DNA of 64,000 bases, taken from assembly GCA_965248695.1 (NCBI GenBank), contig CBDFKD010000002.1:3552001-3616000 (forward strand). The letters are read 5' to 3'. Position numbers and translations under genes: made by a program. Below are positions 18,262 through 29,309 of the stretch, in pieces; within the stretch, counting starts at the first letter, position 1; every line of letters begins with the position of its first letter. The DNA comes from Acidobacteriota bacterium. GTDB lineage: Bacteria > Acidobacteriota > UBA890 > WLXD01. The notes under the pieces are model-generated. The model was not told the DNA's origin. It worked only from the letters and a program-made list of their open reading frames with translations, and did not search any database.

Positions 18262-20681
18262 TCCGCCTCTGCAGTCCGGGCTTCGGCTTCGGCAACCGTG
18301 AGGATGGTCGGCACCAGCGCGTCCGGGGTCACGGAGATGCTATCGATACCCTCCTCCACCAGCAGGCGGGTGATCTCCGGGAAGTCCGAGGGTGCCTGTC
18401 CGCAGATGCCGATACGGATCTGCTGGCCTTCCTCGCGCAGCTCGCGCACGGTACGCAGCGCCATGCGCAGCATGGCCTGGATCGCCGGGTCGCGCTCGTC
18501 GGCGATCTGGGCCACTGAGCCACCGGCGTCCCGGTCCAGCCCCAGGGCGAGCTGCGTGAGGTCGTTGCTGCCGATGCTCAGGCCGTCGACGTGCTGGGCG
18601 AAGTCGCGCAGCAGGATCACGTTGGAGGGCACCTCGACCATCATGTAGATCTGCAGGCCGGCGACGCCGCGCTCGAGACCAAACTCCCCCAGCAAGTCGA
18701 TCGTCGCCACCAGCTCGGGCACGGTGCGTGCGAACGGCACCATCACCTTGATATTGGCCAGGCCCATCTGCTCGCGGGCGCGCTTGAGCGCCTCGCACTC
18801 GAGGCGAAACGCCTCGCGGTATTCCGGGCTGGTGTAGCGGCAGGCACCGCGCCAGCCGAGCATCGGGTTCTCCTCGCGCGGCTCGAAGTGGTCGCCGCCC
18901 AGCAGGCCGCGGTACTCGTTGGACTTGAAATCTGACAGTCGCACGATGACATCGTGGGGATGGAATGCCGCACCGATCATCGCCACGCCATCGGCAAGCC
19001 GATCGATGAAGTACTCACGGCCGGAGTCATAGGTTCTGGTGCGCTCGTCGATGGCGAGGCGCTCCGCGTCGCTCAACCGCTCGGGCTCCAACAGGGCGCG
19101 TGGATGGATGCCGATCTGGCTGGCGATGATGAACTCCAGCCGTGCCAGACCGACCCCACGTGTTGGCAGCCGCGCCTGCTGGATAGCGCGCGCCGGGTTG
19201 CCGACGATCATCATCACGTCGGTACGCGTGTCCGGGACTCCGGCGAGATCGATGACCTCACGCTTGAAGCTTCGACGCCCGGAATAGACGACACCCTGCT
19301 CCTCGATGCAGCTCACCGTGATCTCGTCTTGATCCGCCAGCACGGTGGTGGCGTCGCCGGCGCCGACCACGCACGGCACGCCGATCTCGCGCGCCACGAT
19401 GGCGGCGTGCGAAGTACGTCCACCGGTGTCGGTGACGATCGCCGCCGCCAGCTTCATCGCCGGTTCCCAGTCGGGATCGGTACGCTCGGTCACCAGCACC
19501 TCGCCCTCGTGGAAGGCGTCGATCCCGTGGATACCGTGGATCACACGCGCCACCCCGGCAGCCACCTTGCTACCGACGGCCTGCCCGGTAAGCAACGGCG
19601 GACCGTTCTCGCCGATCTGGTAGCGCTCGAGGGTGGTCTGCACTTCGTCGCGGTACACGGTGATCGGGCGCGCCTGCACCAGGAACAGCCGGTCAACGAC
19701 GCCGTCCTTGGCCCACTCGATGTCGAGCGGCACTCCGTAGGCTTCCTCGAGCCGACACGCGGCGGCGGCAAGCTCGAGCACATCAGATCGCTCGACGCTG
19801 AACGCGCCGCGCTCTTCTGGAGTCGTCTCGATGACCTCGGTGGCGGCGGTGCCGCCCCAGCCGTAGACCATCTTGACCTCCTTGGCACCACGCTCGTGCG
19901 AGATCACCGGATCCAGCGGCGCGCCCTTGAGCAGCGTCGGCTTGAAGATCAGCACCTCGTCCGGACTCACCTGCCCCTGGACGACGGGCTCGCCGAGGCC
20001 CCAGCTGGAGTTCAGCAGCACGAAGTCGCGTGCGCCACTGTCAGGATCCATGGTGAACATCACGCCCGAGCACGCCTGGTCGCTGCGTGCCATGCGCTGC
20101 ACCGTGACGGCGAAGTCGAACGTTGCCGCCGGTAGCCCGCATCGGTGCCGGTAGTCGACGCCGCGGCTGGTGAAGAAGGACGTAAGACAGTCGCGGCAAG
20201 CGGTAAGCATGTTGCTGCGACCGCGGATTCCCAGGAACGACTCGTACTGACCGGCGAACGAAGCCTCGGCCGAGTCCTCCGATACCGCACTCGATCGCAC
20301 CGCCACGTCGACGTTCTTCATGTCGGCGGTCTCTTCCAGTGCCGCATACGCGGCGGCCACAGCCTCGACCACGTCATCGGGAAAATCGAGGTTGCTCACC
20401 AGGTCGCGACAGCGGCTGGCGCCGCGAAACAAGCTCTCAAAGTGATCGTAGTCGATCGTCTCCAGCTCGCGGACGATCTGCTTCCGGGTGCCGGGTGCGG
20501 CATCGAGAACCCGGGTGAACGCCGCGGTGGTCACCGCGAACCCCGGAGGCACACCGACCGAGGAACCAGAGAGGATCCGCGCCATCTCGCCAAGCGAGGC
20601 GCTCTTGCCGCCCACTAGCGCGACGTCGCCGCGGTCCAGCTGATCAAGGCCTATGACGTATGGGGTGTCAGGCGAGCCCAT
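18258..20681 (-). CDS. ppsA: Phosphoenolpyruvate synthase
   Basis: VGGKSASLGEM, VAVRSSA..ED...SFAGQ, phospho-His GGRTSHAAI, EENPMLGWRGA, SIGSNDLTQ, GICGQAPSD. Confidence 0.95.
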   Translation of the reverse strand: MGSPDTPYVIGLDQLDRGDVALVGGKSASLGEMARILSGSSVGVPPGFAVTTAAFTRVLDAAPGTRKQIVRELETIDYDHFESLFRGASRCRDLVSNLDFPDDVVEAVAAAYAALEETADMKNVDVAVRSSAVSEDSAEASFAGQYESFLGIRGRSNMLTACRDCLTSFFTSRGVDYRHRCGLPAATFDFAVTVQRMARSDQACSGVMFTMDPDSGARDFVLLNSSWGLGEPVVQGQVSPDEVLIFKPTLLKGAPLDPVISHERGAKEVKMVYGWGGTAATEVIETTPEERGAFSVERSDVLELAAAACRLEEAYGVPLDIEWAKDGVVDRLFLVQARPITVYRDEVQTTLERYQIGENGPPLLTGQAVGSKVAAGVARVIHGIHGIDAFHEGEVLVTERTDPDWEPAMKLAAAIVTDTGGRTSHAAIVAREIGVPCVVGAGDATTVLADQDEITVSCIEEQGVVYSGRRSFKREVIDLAGVPDTRTDVMMIVGNPARAIQQARLPTRGVGLARLEFIIASQIGIHPRALLEPERLSDAERLAIDERTRTYDSGREYFIDRLADGVAMIGAAFHPHDVIVRLSDFKSNEYRGLLGGDHFEPREENPMLGWRGACRYTSPEYREAFRLECEALKRAREQMGLANIKVMVPFARTVPELVATIDLLGEFGLERGVAGLQIYMMVEVPSNVILLRDFAQHVDGLSIGSNDLTQLALGLDRDAGGSVAQIADERDPAIQAMLRMALRTVRELREEGQQIRIGICGQAPSDFPEITRLLVEEGIDSISVTPDALVPTILTVAEAEARTAEAD

Positions 20682-21077
20682 CGACGAACCTCGCGAACTT
20701 CACGCGTTAGCCGCGGCTATCGCGGCAGGTCGGATGGGCGCCCACAGGATAACTCCCACGTGGCTTGATGGCGAACGTCGGACAGATTCCATCGCCGACC
20801 GGGGTCCGTCACACAGGGATGGCGCCACGGCCCCGCCGGCACGCCAGCGCTCAGCCTCGCACAGGCAAACTTCCGTTCTGAGGAACAACCCGCTGGTCTG
20901 ACAGCGACGACGATCCTCAGCCCCGAGCCGCTGCAAGACCGATGCGTTCTGGCGCAGCTGAACGCCGGGCCTCATTGGCTTCGTAGCGGTGGTGGCGGGC
21001 GGTGGAATCGGCCGGCCCTCGTTCTGCTAAGTTCCCAGGGTTACCGCGACGCCTCGCTTTCCCCCTGGAGTAAACCC

Positions 21078-24000
21078 ATGCCACGCCTCCGTCCTGCCCT
21101 CACGTTCGCGCTCGCACTCACCGCCATCCTCATCGTCGCCGCGCCCGCCAGCGCGCAGGTCGATGCCCGCATGTTGCGGTTCCCGGATGTTTCCGAAACC
21201 CACATCACGTTCGTCTACGCCGGCGACGTTTGGATCGCGCCGAAGGACGGTGGCACGGCGCAGCGCCTGAGCACGCCCGCCGGCGAGGAACGCTTCCCGC
21301 GCTTCTCACCCGACGGCAGCCAGATCGCCTTCCAGGCCAACTACGACGGCAACGTCGACGTGTATGTGGTGCCGACGCTGGGCGGACAGGTGGAGCGCAT
21401 CACCCACCATCCGCTGCCGGATCGCATGCTGGAGTGGAACCCGGGCGGCGAGTCGGTGCTGATTGCCAGCTTCATGCAGACGGAGAAGATGCGCTACCGC
21501 AAGTTCTTCAGCGTGCCGTCGGCCGGCGGGTTGCCGGAGCTTCTGCCAGTGCCGTATGGCGAGTTCGGCGCCATGTCGCCGGACGGCGACACCCTCGCCT
21601 ACATGCCGATCAGCCGCGACTTTCGCACCTGGAAGCGCTACCGGGGCGGCATGGCGCCGGAGATCTGGCTGTTCGATCTGAACGACTACAGCGCCCGCAA
21701 CATCAGCAACAACGACGCCAACGACGGCCATCCGATGTGGCACGGCTCGACGCTGTACTTCCTCTCGGATCGCGGCAGCAACCAACGCGCCAACGTCTGG
21801 GCTTACGAGCTCGACTCGGGCGAGACACGACAGGTGACCCGGCTGGCCGACTTCGACGTGCGCTTTCCGGCCATCGGGCCTGCCGACTTGGTTTTCGAGG
21901 CCGGCGGCCGCCTGTATCTGCTCGACCTCGCCACCGAAACGACGCGCGAGGTGCAGGTCGACGTGGTCACCGACCGGTCCAGCCTCAAGCCGCGGGGCGA
22001 GAATGTCGCGGGTAAGATCGCCAGCGGCGACATCTCGCCGTCAGGCAAGCGTGCCGTGATCGAGGCGCGTGGCGACATCTTCACCGTTCCCGCCGAGCAC
22101 GGCATCACACGCAACCTGACGCGCACGTCGGGGGTTGCCGAGCGCTACCCGACTTGGTCGCCGGACGGCAAGCGGATCGCCTACTTCAGCGACGCCTCGG
22201 GCGAGTACGAGCTCACGGTTACCTCTGCCGACGGCAACGGCACACCGCGCCAGCTCACTAGCCTCGGGGAAGGGTTCCGCTACACGCCGCACTGGTCGCC
22301 AAACAGCGAGAAGCTGGCGTTCATCGACCAGTCGATGAGCCTTCGGATCTACGACATGGACTCCGACACGCTCACCGAGGTCGACCAGGGCAAATGGATG
22401 TACCACGGCCAGCTCGCCGGCTTCACGCCCAGCTGGTCGTCCGACAGCCGCTGGCTGGCGTACTCGCGCGGCCTGATGAATCGCCACTCGGCGGTGTTCC
22501 TGTTCGATACCGATAGCGACATCAGCCATCAGGTCACCAGCGGCTACTACAACGACTCCAACCCGGTCTTTGACCCTGACGGCAAGTACCTCTACCTGCA
22601 GACGAGCCGCTCGCTGCGCCCGAGCTACAGCGACTACCAGAACACCTTCGTCTACAACAACACCACCAACGTCGCCGCCGTCGCCCTGCGCGACGACGTG
22701 CCCTCACCGTTGGCGCCGCGCAACGACGAGGAGGAGGTGGAAGAAGACGTGGAAGAGTCCGATGACGCGGACGCCGAAACCGATACCGACAGCAACGACG
22801 ACGGCGGCGCCGACGCGGACGCCGATGATGATGCCGAAGATGAATCGGAAGAGGACGAGGGCCTCGAAATCGACCTCCAGGGCTTCGAGAACCGCCTCGT
22901 CGTGCTGCCCCCGGACGCCGGCAACTACGGCTCGATGGCAGCGGTATCGGGCAAGCTGATCTACCATCGCGGACCGCGCACCGGATCGGGCGACGACGAC
23001 AGCCCGATCGTGTTCTGGGATCTCGAAGACCGCGAGGAAAAGACCGTCCTCGACGACGCTGACGACTTCGAGCTATCTGGCGATGGCAAGAAGCTCATCG
23101 TCGCCACCAACGGCAGCATCGGCATCATCAGCGTCGCACCGGGGCAGCGTCCCGAGCCGCTCGACACCTCCGGACTGCAGGTGACGCTCGACCCGGTAGC
23201 CGAATGGCGCCAGATCTTCAACGACGCCTTCCGCCTGTTCCGCGACTACTTCTACGTCGCCAACATGCACGGCGTCGACTGGGACCAGATGGGAGAGGTC
23301 TACAGCGCGCTGATCGACGATGTCGTGACGCGCTGGGATCTCGATTTTCTGATCGGCGAGCTCATCGGCGAGCTCAACGCCGGCCATACCTACAACCAGG
23401 GCGGTGGCGATGCCGAACAGGCGAGCCGCCGGGGCGTCGGGATGCTGGGTGTCGACTACGAGCTCGAGAACGGCGCCTACCGATTCGCCCGCATCATCGA
23501 CGGCGCTCCCTGGGACAGCGAGGTACGCTCCCCGCTGCGCCAACCCGGCATCGACGTCGATGAGGGCGACTATCTGCTAGCGGTCAACGGCACGCCGATC
23601 GACACGTCGGCCGATCCGTGGGCCGCCTTCCAGGGGATGGCCGGCGAGACCGTCGAGCTCACCGTCAGCGACACGCCGTCGATGGACGACTCGCGTCGCG
23701 TGCTGGTGGAGACGCTGCGCAGCGAGGTGCGCCTGCGCAACCTGGCGTGGATCGAGGCGAACCGCAGGCGCGTCGACGCGGCCACCGATGGACGCATCGG
23801 CTACGTCTACGTGCCCGACACCGGCCTCAACGGTCAGACCGAGCTACTGCGGCAATTCTCCTCCCAGATCGACAAGGAAGGACTGATCGTCGACGAGCGC
23901 TTCAACAACGGCGGCCAGATTCCCGACCGCTTCATCGAGCTCCTCAACCGGCCGCTCTACAGCTACTGGGGGGTGCGTGACGGCCAGGACTGGCAGTGGC

Positions 24001-24404
24001 CGCCGGTCTCCCATATCGGACCCAAGGTCATGCTGATCAACGGCTGGAGCGGCTCCGGCGGCGATGCCTTCCCGCTGTTCTTCAAGCACGCCGGCCTCGG
24101 GCCGCTGATCGGCACTCGCACCTGGGGTGGCCTCATCGGATACACCGGCGTCCCCGGTCTCATCGATGGCGGTACCCTGGCGGTGCCCACGTTCGGCATC
24201 TACAGCACCGAAGGAGAGTGGATCGTCGAAGGGTATGGCGTGGACCCGGACATCGAGGTGGTGGAGAACCCTACCGAGCTGGCGCGAGGCACCGACACGC
24301 AGCTGGAGGCCGGAATCGCGGAGGCGATGCGGTTGCTGCGCGAGAATCCCGTGACCCGACCGGATCGTCCGGCGCCGCCGAATCGGGCCCGACCGCACGG
24401 CTGA
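21078..24404 (+). CDS. Tricorn-like S41 peptidase with PD40 repeats and PDZ domain
   Basis: MLRFPD, WKRYRGG, PD40 repeats, GELNAGH, DERFNNGG, SGSGGD, GTRTWGG; acidic D/E linker about 22725-22860. Confidence 0.93.
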   Translation: MPRLRPALTFALALTAILIVAAPASAQVDARMLRFPDVSETHITFVYAGDVWIAPKDGGTAQRLSTPAGEERFPRFSPDGSQIAFQANYDGNVDVYVVPTLGGQVERITHHPLPDRMLEWNPGGESVLIASFMQTEKMRYRKFFSVPSAGGLPELLPVPYGEFGAMSPDGDTLAYMPISRDFRTWKRYRGGMAPEIWLFDLNDYSARNISNNDANDGHPMWHGSTLYFLSDRGSNQRANVWAYELDSGETRQVTRLADFDVRFPAIGPADLVFEAGGRLYLLDLATETTREVQVDVVTDRSSLKPRGENVAGKIASGDISPSGKRAVIEARGDIFTVPAEHGITRNLTRTSGVAERYPTWSPDGKRIAYFSDASGEYELTVTSADGNGTPRQLTSLGEGFRYTPHWSPNSEKLAFIDQSMSLRIYDMDSDTLTEVDQGKWMYHGQLAGFTPSWSSDSRWLAYSRGLMNRHSAVFLFDTDSDISHQVTSGYYNDSNPVFDPDGKYLYLQTSRSLRPSYSDYQNTFVYNNTTNVAAVALRDDVPSPLAPRNDEEEVEEDVEESDDADAETDTDSNDDGGADADADDDAEDESEEDEGLEIDLQGFENRLVVLPPDAGNYGSMAAVSGKLIYHRGPRTGSGDDDSPIVFWDLEDREEKTVLDDADDFELSGDGKKLIVATNGSIGIISVAPGQRPEPLDTSGLQVTLDPVAEWRQIFNDAFRLFRDYFYVANMHGVDWDQMGEVYSALIDDVVTRWDLDFLIGELIGELNAGHTYNQGGGDAEQASRRGVGMLGVDYELENGAYRFARIIDGAPWDSEVRSPLRQPGIDVDEGDYLLAVNGTPIDTSADPWAAFQGMAGETVELTVSDTPSMDDSRRVLVETLRSEVRLRNLAWIEANRRRVDAATDGRIGYVYVPDTGLNGQTELLRQFSSQIDKEGLIVDERFNNGGQIPDRFIELLNRPLYSYWGVRDGQDWQWPPVSHIGPKVMLINGWSGSGGDAFPLFFKHAGLGPLIGTRTWGGLIGYTGVPGLIDGGTLAVPTFGIYSTEGEWIVEGYGVDPDIEVVENPTELARGTDTQLEAGIAEAMRLLRENPVTRPDRPAPPNRARPHG

Positions 24405-24501
24405 CCCCCGCGGGAGTTCGAAACTGGTGACCGGGCGGGCGCGTATCTAGACTGACGCGCGGTCCCCGATCCGTCCATCTCTCGACCCACGAACGAGCGG
24501 C

Positions 24502-26976
24502 ATGGAAGACCTCCTTCGCAACGTCCGCTACGCCGTCCGTGGCCTGCGTAACTCACCCGGCTTCGCCGCCGTGGCCATCATCACGCTCGCCCTAGGCATC
24601 GGCGTCAACAGCACCATCTTCAGCATCGTCAACGCCGTGCTACTCAGGCCGCTGCCGGTAGAAAGACCGTCGGAGCTGGTGGATGTCTACGGCCATACCT
24701 CCAACAGCGACAGCCACGACACTACCTCCTACCGCGACTATCTCGATCTGCGCCAGCAGACCGGAACGCTGTCTGGGTTGATCGCCTACTCCAACTTCTT
24801 CGCCAACCTCGCCTATGAAGGTCGCTCGGAGCTGGTCGTCGGCGAGCTGGTATCGGACAACTACTTCGACGTTCTCGGGGTACAGCCGGAGCTCGGACGC
24901 GCGTTCACACCAGAGGAGTTCGAGACCGAGGGCACCCACCCGGTAACTATTCTCAGCCACACGTTCTGGCGCACCCGCTTCGCCGCCGACACCGGGGTGC
25001 TCGGAAGCTCGGTTCGGATCAACGGCACGCCCTACACAGTGGTGGGCGTGACGGGGCCCGCGTTCGGCGGCATGTTCCCGGCCGTGACAGCGCAGATGTG
25101 GGTGCCGGTGGCGATGGTCGAGGAGGTCGAGCCGCTCGGCAACCAGCGCGGCTTCGCCTCGGCCGGTGACACGCGCCTGCAGCGCCGCGCGCAGCGCTGG
25201 CTATGGCTGCGTGGTCGTATGCAGCAGGACACGTCGGTCGCCGAGGTACAGGCGGAGCTCGAAGGCATCACGGCGCGGCTGGCAGCCGAGTATCCAGATA
25301 CCAACGATCTGGAGACCGTCACCGTGATAGCCACCAACGACGTCTACTTCAACCCTGACTTCGACACCACCCTGGTGCCGGCTGGCATATTGATCCTGGC
25401 GATTTCCGGGCTGGTGCTGCTGGTTGCCTGTGCCAACCTAGCCAACATGCTGCTGGCGCGCGCTGCCGCGCGTCGGCGCGAGATTGCGGTACGCCTGGCG
25501 ATCGGAGCCGGCCGCGGCCAGCTCGTGCGCCAGCTGCTCACCGAGAGCGTCGTGCTGGCACTGCTCGGTGGCACGGTCGGTTTGCTGTTTGCCGTGTGGT
25601 CGAGTCGCCTTATCGCGCGCTTTCAGCCGCCGGTGCCGATCGATCTCGGAGTCGATTTCAGCGTCGACTGGAGGGTGCTGACGTTCACGTTGATCGCCGC
25701 CGCACTCACCGGCATCGCGTTCGGCTTGGTGCCAGCACTGCGTGCGTCGCGGCCTGACGTCGTCGGCGCGCTCAAGGACGCCGACGCCTCCGAGCGCCTG
25801 GCCGGCCACGGGTTCCGGCTGCGCGACGGGCTAGTGGTGGTGCAGGTCGCAGTATCGGTCGTTTTGCTGGTGGCGGGCGCTTTGATGATGCGCAGCCTGG
25901 CCGCGGCGCAGCGTGTCGAGCTCGGCTTCGACGCCGACCGCCTCAGCTTTCTCGGCCTGGCGATGGAGATGAACGGCTACGACAACGACACCAGCGCCGT
26001 GTTCTTCGATACCGCGCGCGCCCGGCTCCAGCAGCTCCCAGGAGTTCAGGGGGTGACGCTCATGTCGCGCGTGCCGCTATCGCTCAACGACAACAACTTC
26101 GGACTCTTCATCGATGGACACCAGACTGCCGCCAGCGATCGTGCGTACCTGACCGGGGGCGTCTACGTCGACCAGTACTACTTCTCGACCCTCGAGCTGG
26201 CCATCGTCGACGGCCGTGGACTAGACGGTGTGGACGTGGCCGAGAGCCGCAATGTGACGGTGATCACCCGCGCCATGGCGCAACGCTACTGGCCTGATGA
26301 GAGCGCCGTCGGCAAGTCTTTCCGCACCAGCTGGGAAGGCCAGCCCGTCGAGATCGTCGGTGTAGTCGACGACTACAAGACCAACAGCCCGGGCGAGTCG
26401 CCGACCCCGTATCTGCACATGCCGTACCCCCGTCGCGGCACCTTCGGCAACTTCATGGTGCGCACCGCCGGCCCCGCCGCCGTCGAGGTGCTCGCCCAGG
26501 AAGCCGAGCTGCGTCGCATCGATCCCGACCTCGTGTTCCTCGACGCCGGACCCACCCGCAAGCTGGTCGACACGCGGCTGTTCGCCGTGCGCACCGGCGC
26601 CTGGCTCATCAGCGCCTTCGGCTCCCTGGCCCTACTGCTCGCCGCCGTCGGCCTTTACGGCGTCATCAGCTACTCGGTCAACCGTCGTACTCGGGAGATG
26701 GGCATCCGCGTGGCGCTCGGAGCCGAGTCGGGCCGGCTCGTATCGCTGGTCGTCCGCCAGGGGATGACGCTGGTGATCATCGGTTGCGCCATCGGCGCGC
26801 TGGTGGCGACGCTCACCGGAAGGCTGCTGGCGAGCGTGCTGTTCGTGAGCCCGATCGACCCACTGAGCTTCGCGTTGGCGTTCGCAGTGTTGGCCGCGGT
26901 GGCGATGCTGGCCAACTGGGTACCGGCGAGAAGGGCGTCAAGGGTGGATCCGATGGTGGCGCTGCGCAGCGAGTAG
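24502..26976 (+). CDS. ABC permease, ADOP/MacB-FtsX duplicated type
   Basis: RYAVR.LR.SPGF, ACANLANMLLAR..ARRREIAVR, RTREMGIR, RVDPMVALRSE; no adjacent ATPase. Confidence 0.93.
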   Translation: MEDLLRNVRYAVRGLRNSPGFAAVAIITLALGIGVNSTIFSIVNAVLLRPLPVERPSELVDVYGHTSNSDSHDTTSYRDYLDLRQQTGTLSGLIAYSNFFANLAYEGRSELVVGELVSDNYFDVLGVQPELGRAFTPEEFETEGTHPVTILSHTFWRTRFAADTGVLGSSVRINGTPYTVVGVTGPAFGGMFPAVTAQMWVPVAMVEEVEPLGNQRGFASAGDTRLQRRAQRWLWLRGRMQQDTSVAEVQAELEGITARLAAEYPDTNDLETVTVIATNDVYFNPDFDTTLVPAGILILAISGLVLLVACANLANMLLARAAARRREIAVRLAIGAGRGQLVRQLLTESVVLALLGGTVGLLFAVWSSRLIARFQPPVPIDLGVDFSVDWRVLTFTLIAAALTGIAFGLVPALRASRPDVVGALKDADASERLAGHGFRLRDGLVVVQVAVSVVLLVAGALMMRSLAAAQRVELGFDADRLSFLGLAMEMNGYDNDTSAVFFDTARARLQQLPGVQGVTLMSRVPLSLNDNNFGLFIDGHQTAASDRAYLTGGVYVDQYYFSTLELAIVDGRGLDGVDVAESRNVTVITRAMAQRYWPDESAVGKSFRTSWEGQPVEIVGVVDDYKTNSPGESPTPYLHMPYPRRGTFGNFMVRTAGPAAVEVLAQEAELRRIDPDLVFLDAGPTRKLVDTRLFAVRTGAWLISAFGSLALLLAAVGLYGVISYSVNRRTREMGIRVALGAESGRLVSLVVRQGMTLVIIGCAIGALVATLTGRLLASVLFVSPIDPLSFALAFAVLAAVAMLANWVPARRASRVDPMVALRSE

Positions 26977-27014
26977 CTCCGGAGAGCTAGAGTCTCCAGC
27001 GGCTAGTCCGCCCA

Positions 27015-27275
27015 CTAGCGATACGCATCCTTGCGATGCGCCACTCGGACTACAACGACGATGAGCCTGTCGCCTTCGATCGTGTAGAGAACGCGATACC
27101 GGCCCTGGCGCACGCGGTACTTGGCAGCGCCGGAGAGCTTCGTACAGCCACGAGGCCTGGGATCGTCACGCAGCGCCGTGATTCGTGCCACGACCGCGCG
27201 GCGGGCCTTGGCCGTGGGTAGCCCCTCTATCTCCTTCGCCGCCGACGGCGTGATGAAGACCCTATAGTTTCCCAC
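27015..27275 (-). CDS. RelE/ParE-family toxin
   Basis: L.DDPRP.G..KL.G...YRVRQG.YRVLY.I, HRKDAYR. Confidence 0.9.
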   Translation of the reverse strand: MGNYRVFITPSAAKEIEGLPTAKARRAVVARITALRDDPRPRGCTKLSGAAKYRVRQGRYRVLYTIEGDRLIVVVVRVAHRKDAYR

Positions 27276-27495
27276 GACGCTTGAGGTCCTTGACGAAATC
27301 CTCGAAGGGCATGTGCGATTCGCCCTCCCGGACCTCGAAGGTCATCAAGTCCTCGGCGTCTTCCGCAAGCGACTGTTTGACCGCGTCGTTGACCAGTTCA
27401 GAGATCGTCCGATCCATTTCGGCCGCACGGATACGAAGGGTCCGGTGGATATCAGGCTCGAAGTACACGGTGGCGCGCTTGGATTGGCTCGGCAT
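27262..27495 (-). CDS. CopG/RHH antitoxin
   Basis: KRATVYF...IHR.L, TISELVNDAV...LAEDAEDL; overlaps toxin start; palindrome AACGTC-AA-GACGTT upstream at 27524-27537. Confidence 0.85.
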   Translation of the reverse strand: MPSQSKRATVYFEPDIHRTLRIRAAEMDRTISELVNDAVKQSLAEDAEDLMTFEVREGESHMPFEDFVKDLKRRGKL

Positions 27496-27594
27496 GGATC
27501 TAGGCTAGTTGTGTTAGCGCCTTAACGTCAAGACGTTCGGACGTTATTGCGCACCGCCGCCCGGACGACGCACCGCTGGAGCCCGAAGCTCGGA

Positions 27595-28710
27595 TTACCG
27601 AGCAGCGGCCATCGCCTCGACGAGATGGGCCCCAACTCGCTCGATCTGGCCGTCGGTCATCGAAGCAAACAGCGGAATAGCGAACGTCTCGCGGCAAGCC
27701 TTCTCGGCAACCGGGAAATCGCCTTCGACGTTTCCGAGTCCACGACACGGTTCCGTGAGATGTAGCGGTACCGGGTAGTAGACCGCAGTCGCCACGCCGC
27801 AGGCCTTCAGGTGGCGCTGCACGTTCTCGCGCTGCTCACAGGCGATCACGTAGAGATGATACACGTGCTGCGCGGAGTCCTGCTGCACCGGCAGACGCAG
27901 CCCCTCGACCGAGGCCAGCAACTCGTCGTACAGGCGTGCGCATCTCCGGCGCGCCGCGTTCGCCTCGTCCAGGTAAGGCAGCTTGGCGCGCAGCACTGCT
28001 GCCTGGATGGCGTCGAGGCGACTGTTGTAGCCCAGGAGCTCCGGAACATATTTCTGGCGCCATCCGTGGGTGCGCAGCATCTTCACACGTCCGATCAGGT
28101 CCTCGTCGGCCGACACCACCATGCCGCCGTCGCCGAAGCAGCCGAGTGGCTTGCTCGGGAAGAAGCTGGGGCAACCGACCGTGCCCATGGCGCCGGTCTT
28201 CGCCCCCCTCCACTCCGCACCCATAGCCTGAGCGTTGTCCTCGACCACCTGAAGGCCGTGTGCCGCCGCCAGCGTCAGCAACGCATCCATGTCGGCAGGA
28301 TGACCGTAGAGGTGGACGGGGATCATGGCCTTGGTGCGTTCGGTAATGCGCCGCTCCGCGTCCTCCGCGTCGAGCATGTAGGTATCCGGCAAGACGTCGG
28401 CGAACACCGGGGTTGCGCCCGTGTTCAGTACCGCTTCGGCCGTGGCAAAGAATGTGAATGCCGGCACGATCACCTCGTCGCCGGCTCCAATGTCGAGCGC
28501 CCGAAGAGCAAGCACCAGGGCGTCGGTCCCGTTCCCGACCGCGGCCGCATGGCCCACGCTCAGGTACGCCGCTATGTCGTCTTCCAGAGCGGACACGTTG
28601 GGGCCGAGAATGAACATTCCAGCGTCGATCACGTCGCGCACAGCCGCATCAATCTCGTGCCGGATACCCGCGTAGTCGGCCTTCAAGTCCATCAAAGGGA
28701 TTCGACTCAT
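27595..28710 (-). CDS. DegT/DnrJ/EryC1/StrS aminotransferase (WbpE/GnnB-like)
   Basis: NGTDAL, FTFFATAE, PVHLYG, EDNAQA, SFFPSK.LG.FGDGG, GYNSRLD. Confidence 0.92.
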   Translation of the reverse strand: MSRIPLMDLKADYAGIRHEIDAAVRDVIDAGMFILGPNVSALEDDIAAYLSVGHAAAVGNGTDALVLALRALDIGAGDEVIVPAFTFFATAEAVLNTGATPVFADVLPDTYMLDAEDAERRITERTKAMIPVHLYGHPADMDALLTLAAAHGLQVVEDNAQAMGAEWRGAKTGAMGTVGCPSFFPSKPLGCFGDGGMVVSADEDLIGRVKMLRTHGWRQKYVPELLGYNSRLDAIQAAVLRAKLPYLDEANAARRRCARLYDELLASVEGLRLPVQQDSAQHVYHLYVIACEQRENVQRHLKACGVATAVYYPVPLHLTEPCRGLGNVEGDFPVAEKACRETFAIPLFASMTDGQIERVGAHLVEAMAAAR

Positions 28711-29309
28711 GGCACTGTCCGGTCAGGAATCAGGGTTCCGTTACTCAACTGATAGGCATGTCCACACTGCTCGCACCGCGCGCCATCGCTAACCGCACCG
28801 AGCGGCAACGGCAACTTGACACCGCATTGGCACATCCAGGCATGGTGTAGCGCCGGTGTTCCGTACACGAGCGCGTGAGCGGGAACGTCATGGGTAACCA
28901 CCGACCCGGCACCGACGAACGCATAGGCACCCAATTCGAGCCCACACACGATCGTCGCGTTGGCGCCAACGGTGGCCCCCCGGCGGATCACGGTCTGACG
29001 GAACTCGTCTTTGCGCGGCACGTGGCTGCGCGGATTGGTCACGTTCGTTAGGACGGCCGACGGGCCCAGGAACACGTCATCCTCTACCAGAACGCCGGTG
29101 TACAGCGAGACGTTGTTCTGGACCTTGACGTTGTCCCCGATCACAACGTTGCGGTCGACGAATACGTTCTGCCCGATATTGCAGTTGTTGCCGATGCGAG
29201 CACTACCCATCACATGGCTGAAGTGCCAGATCTTCGTGCCCGGCCCGATCTCAGCACCTTCATCGACGATGCTTGACGGATGCACAAAGACGTCGCTTGC
29301 CATCGTCAT
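28707..29309 (-). CDS. Hexapeptide-repeat N-acetyltransferase (WbpD-like)
   Basis: KIWHFSH, KVQNNVS.Y, FLGPS.V.TN..NPRS, W.CQCG. Confidence 0.9.
   Translation of the reverse strand: MTMASDVFVHPSSIVDEGAEIGPGTKIWHFSHVMGSARIGNNCNIGQNVFVDRNVVIGDNVKVQNNVSLYTGVLVEDDVFLGPSAVLTNVTNPRSHVPRKDEFRQTVIRRGATVGANATIVCGLELGAYAFVGAGSVVTHDVPAHALVYGTPALHHAWMCQCGVKLPLPLGAVSDGARCEQCGHAYQLSNGTLIPDRTVP

Noticed and set aside
22725-22860. GAC/GAA-rich repeat tract
   Set aside because: It encodes the usual acidic linker of tricorn-like proteases; not a repeat array.
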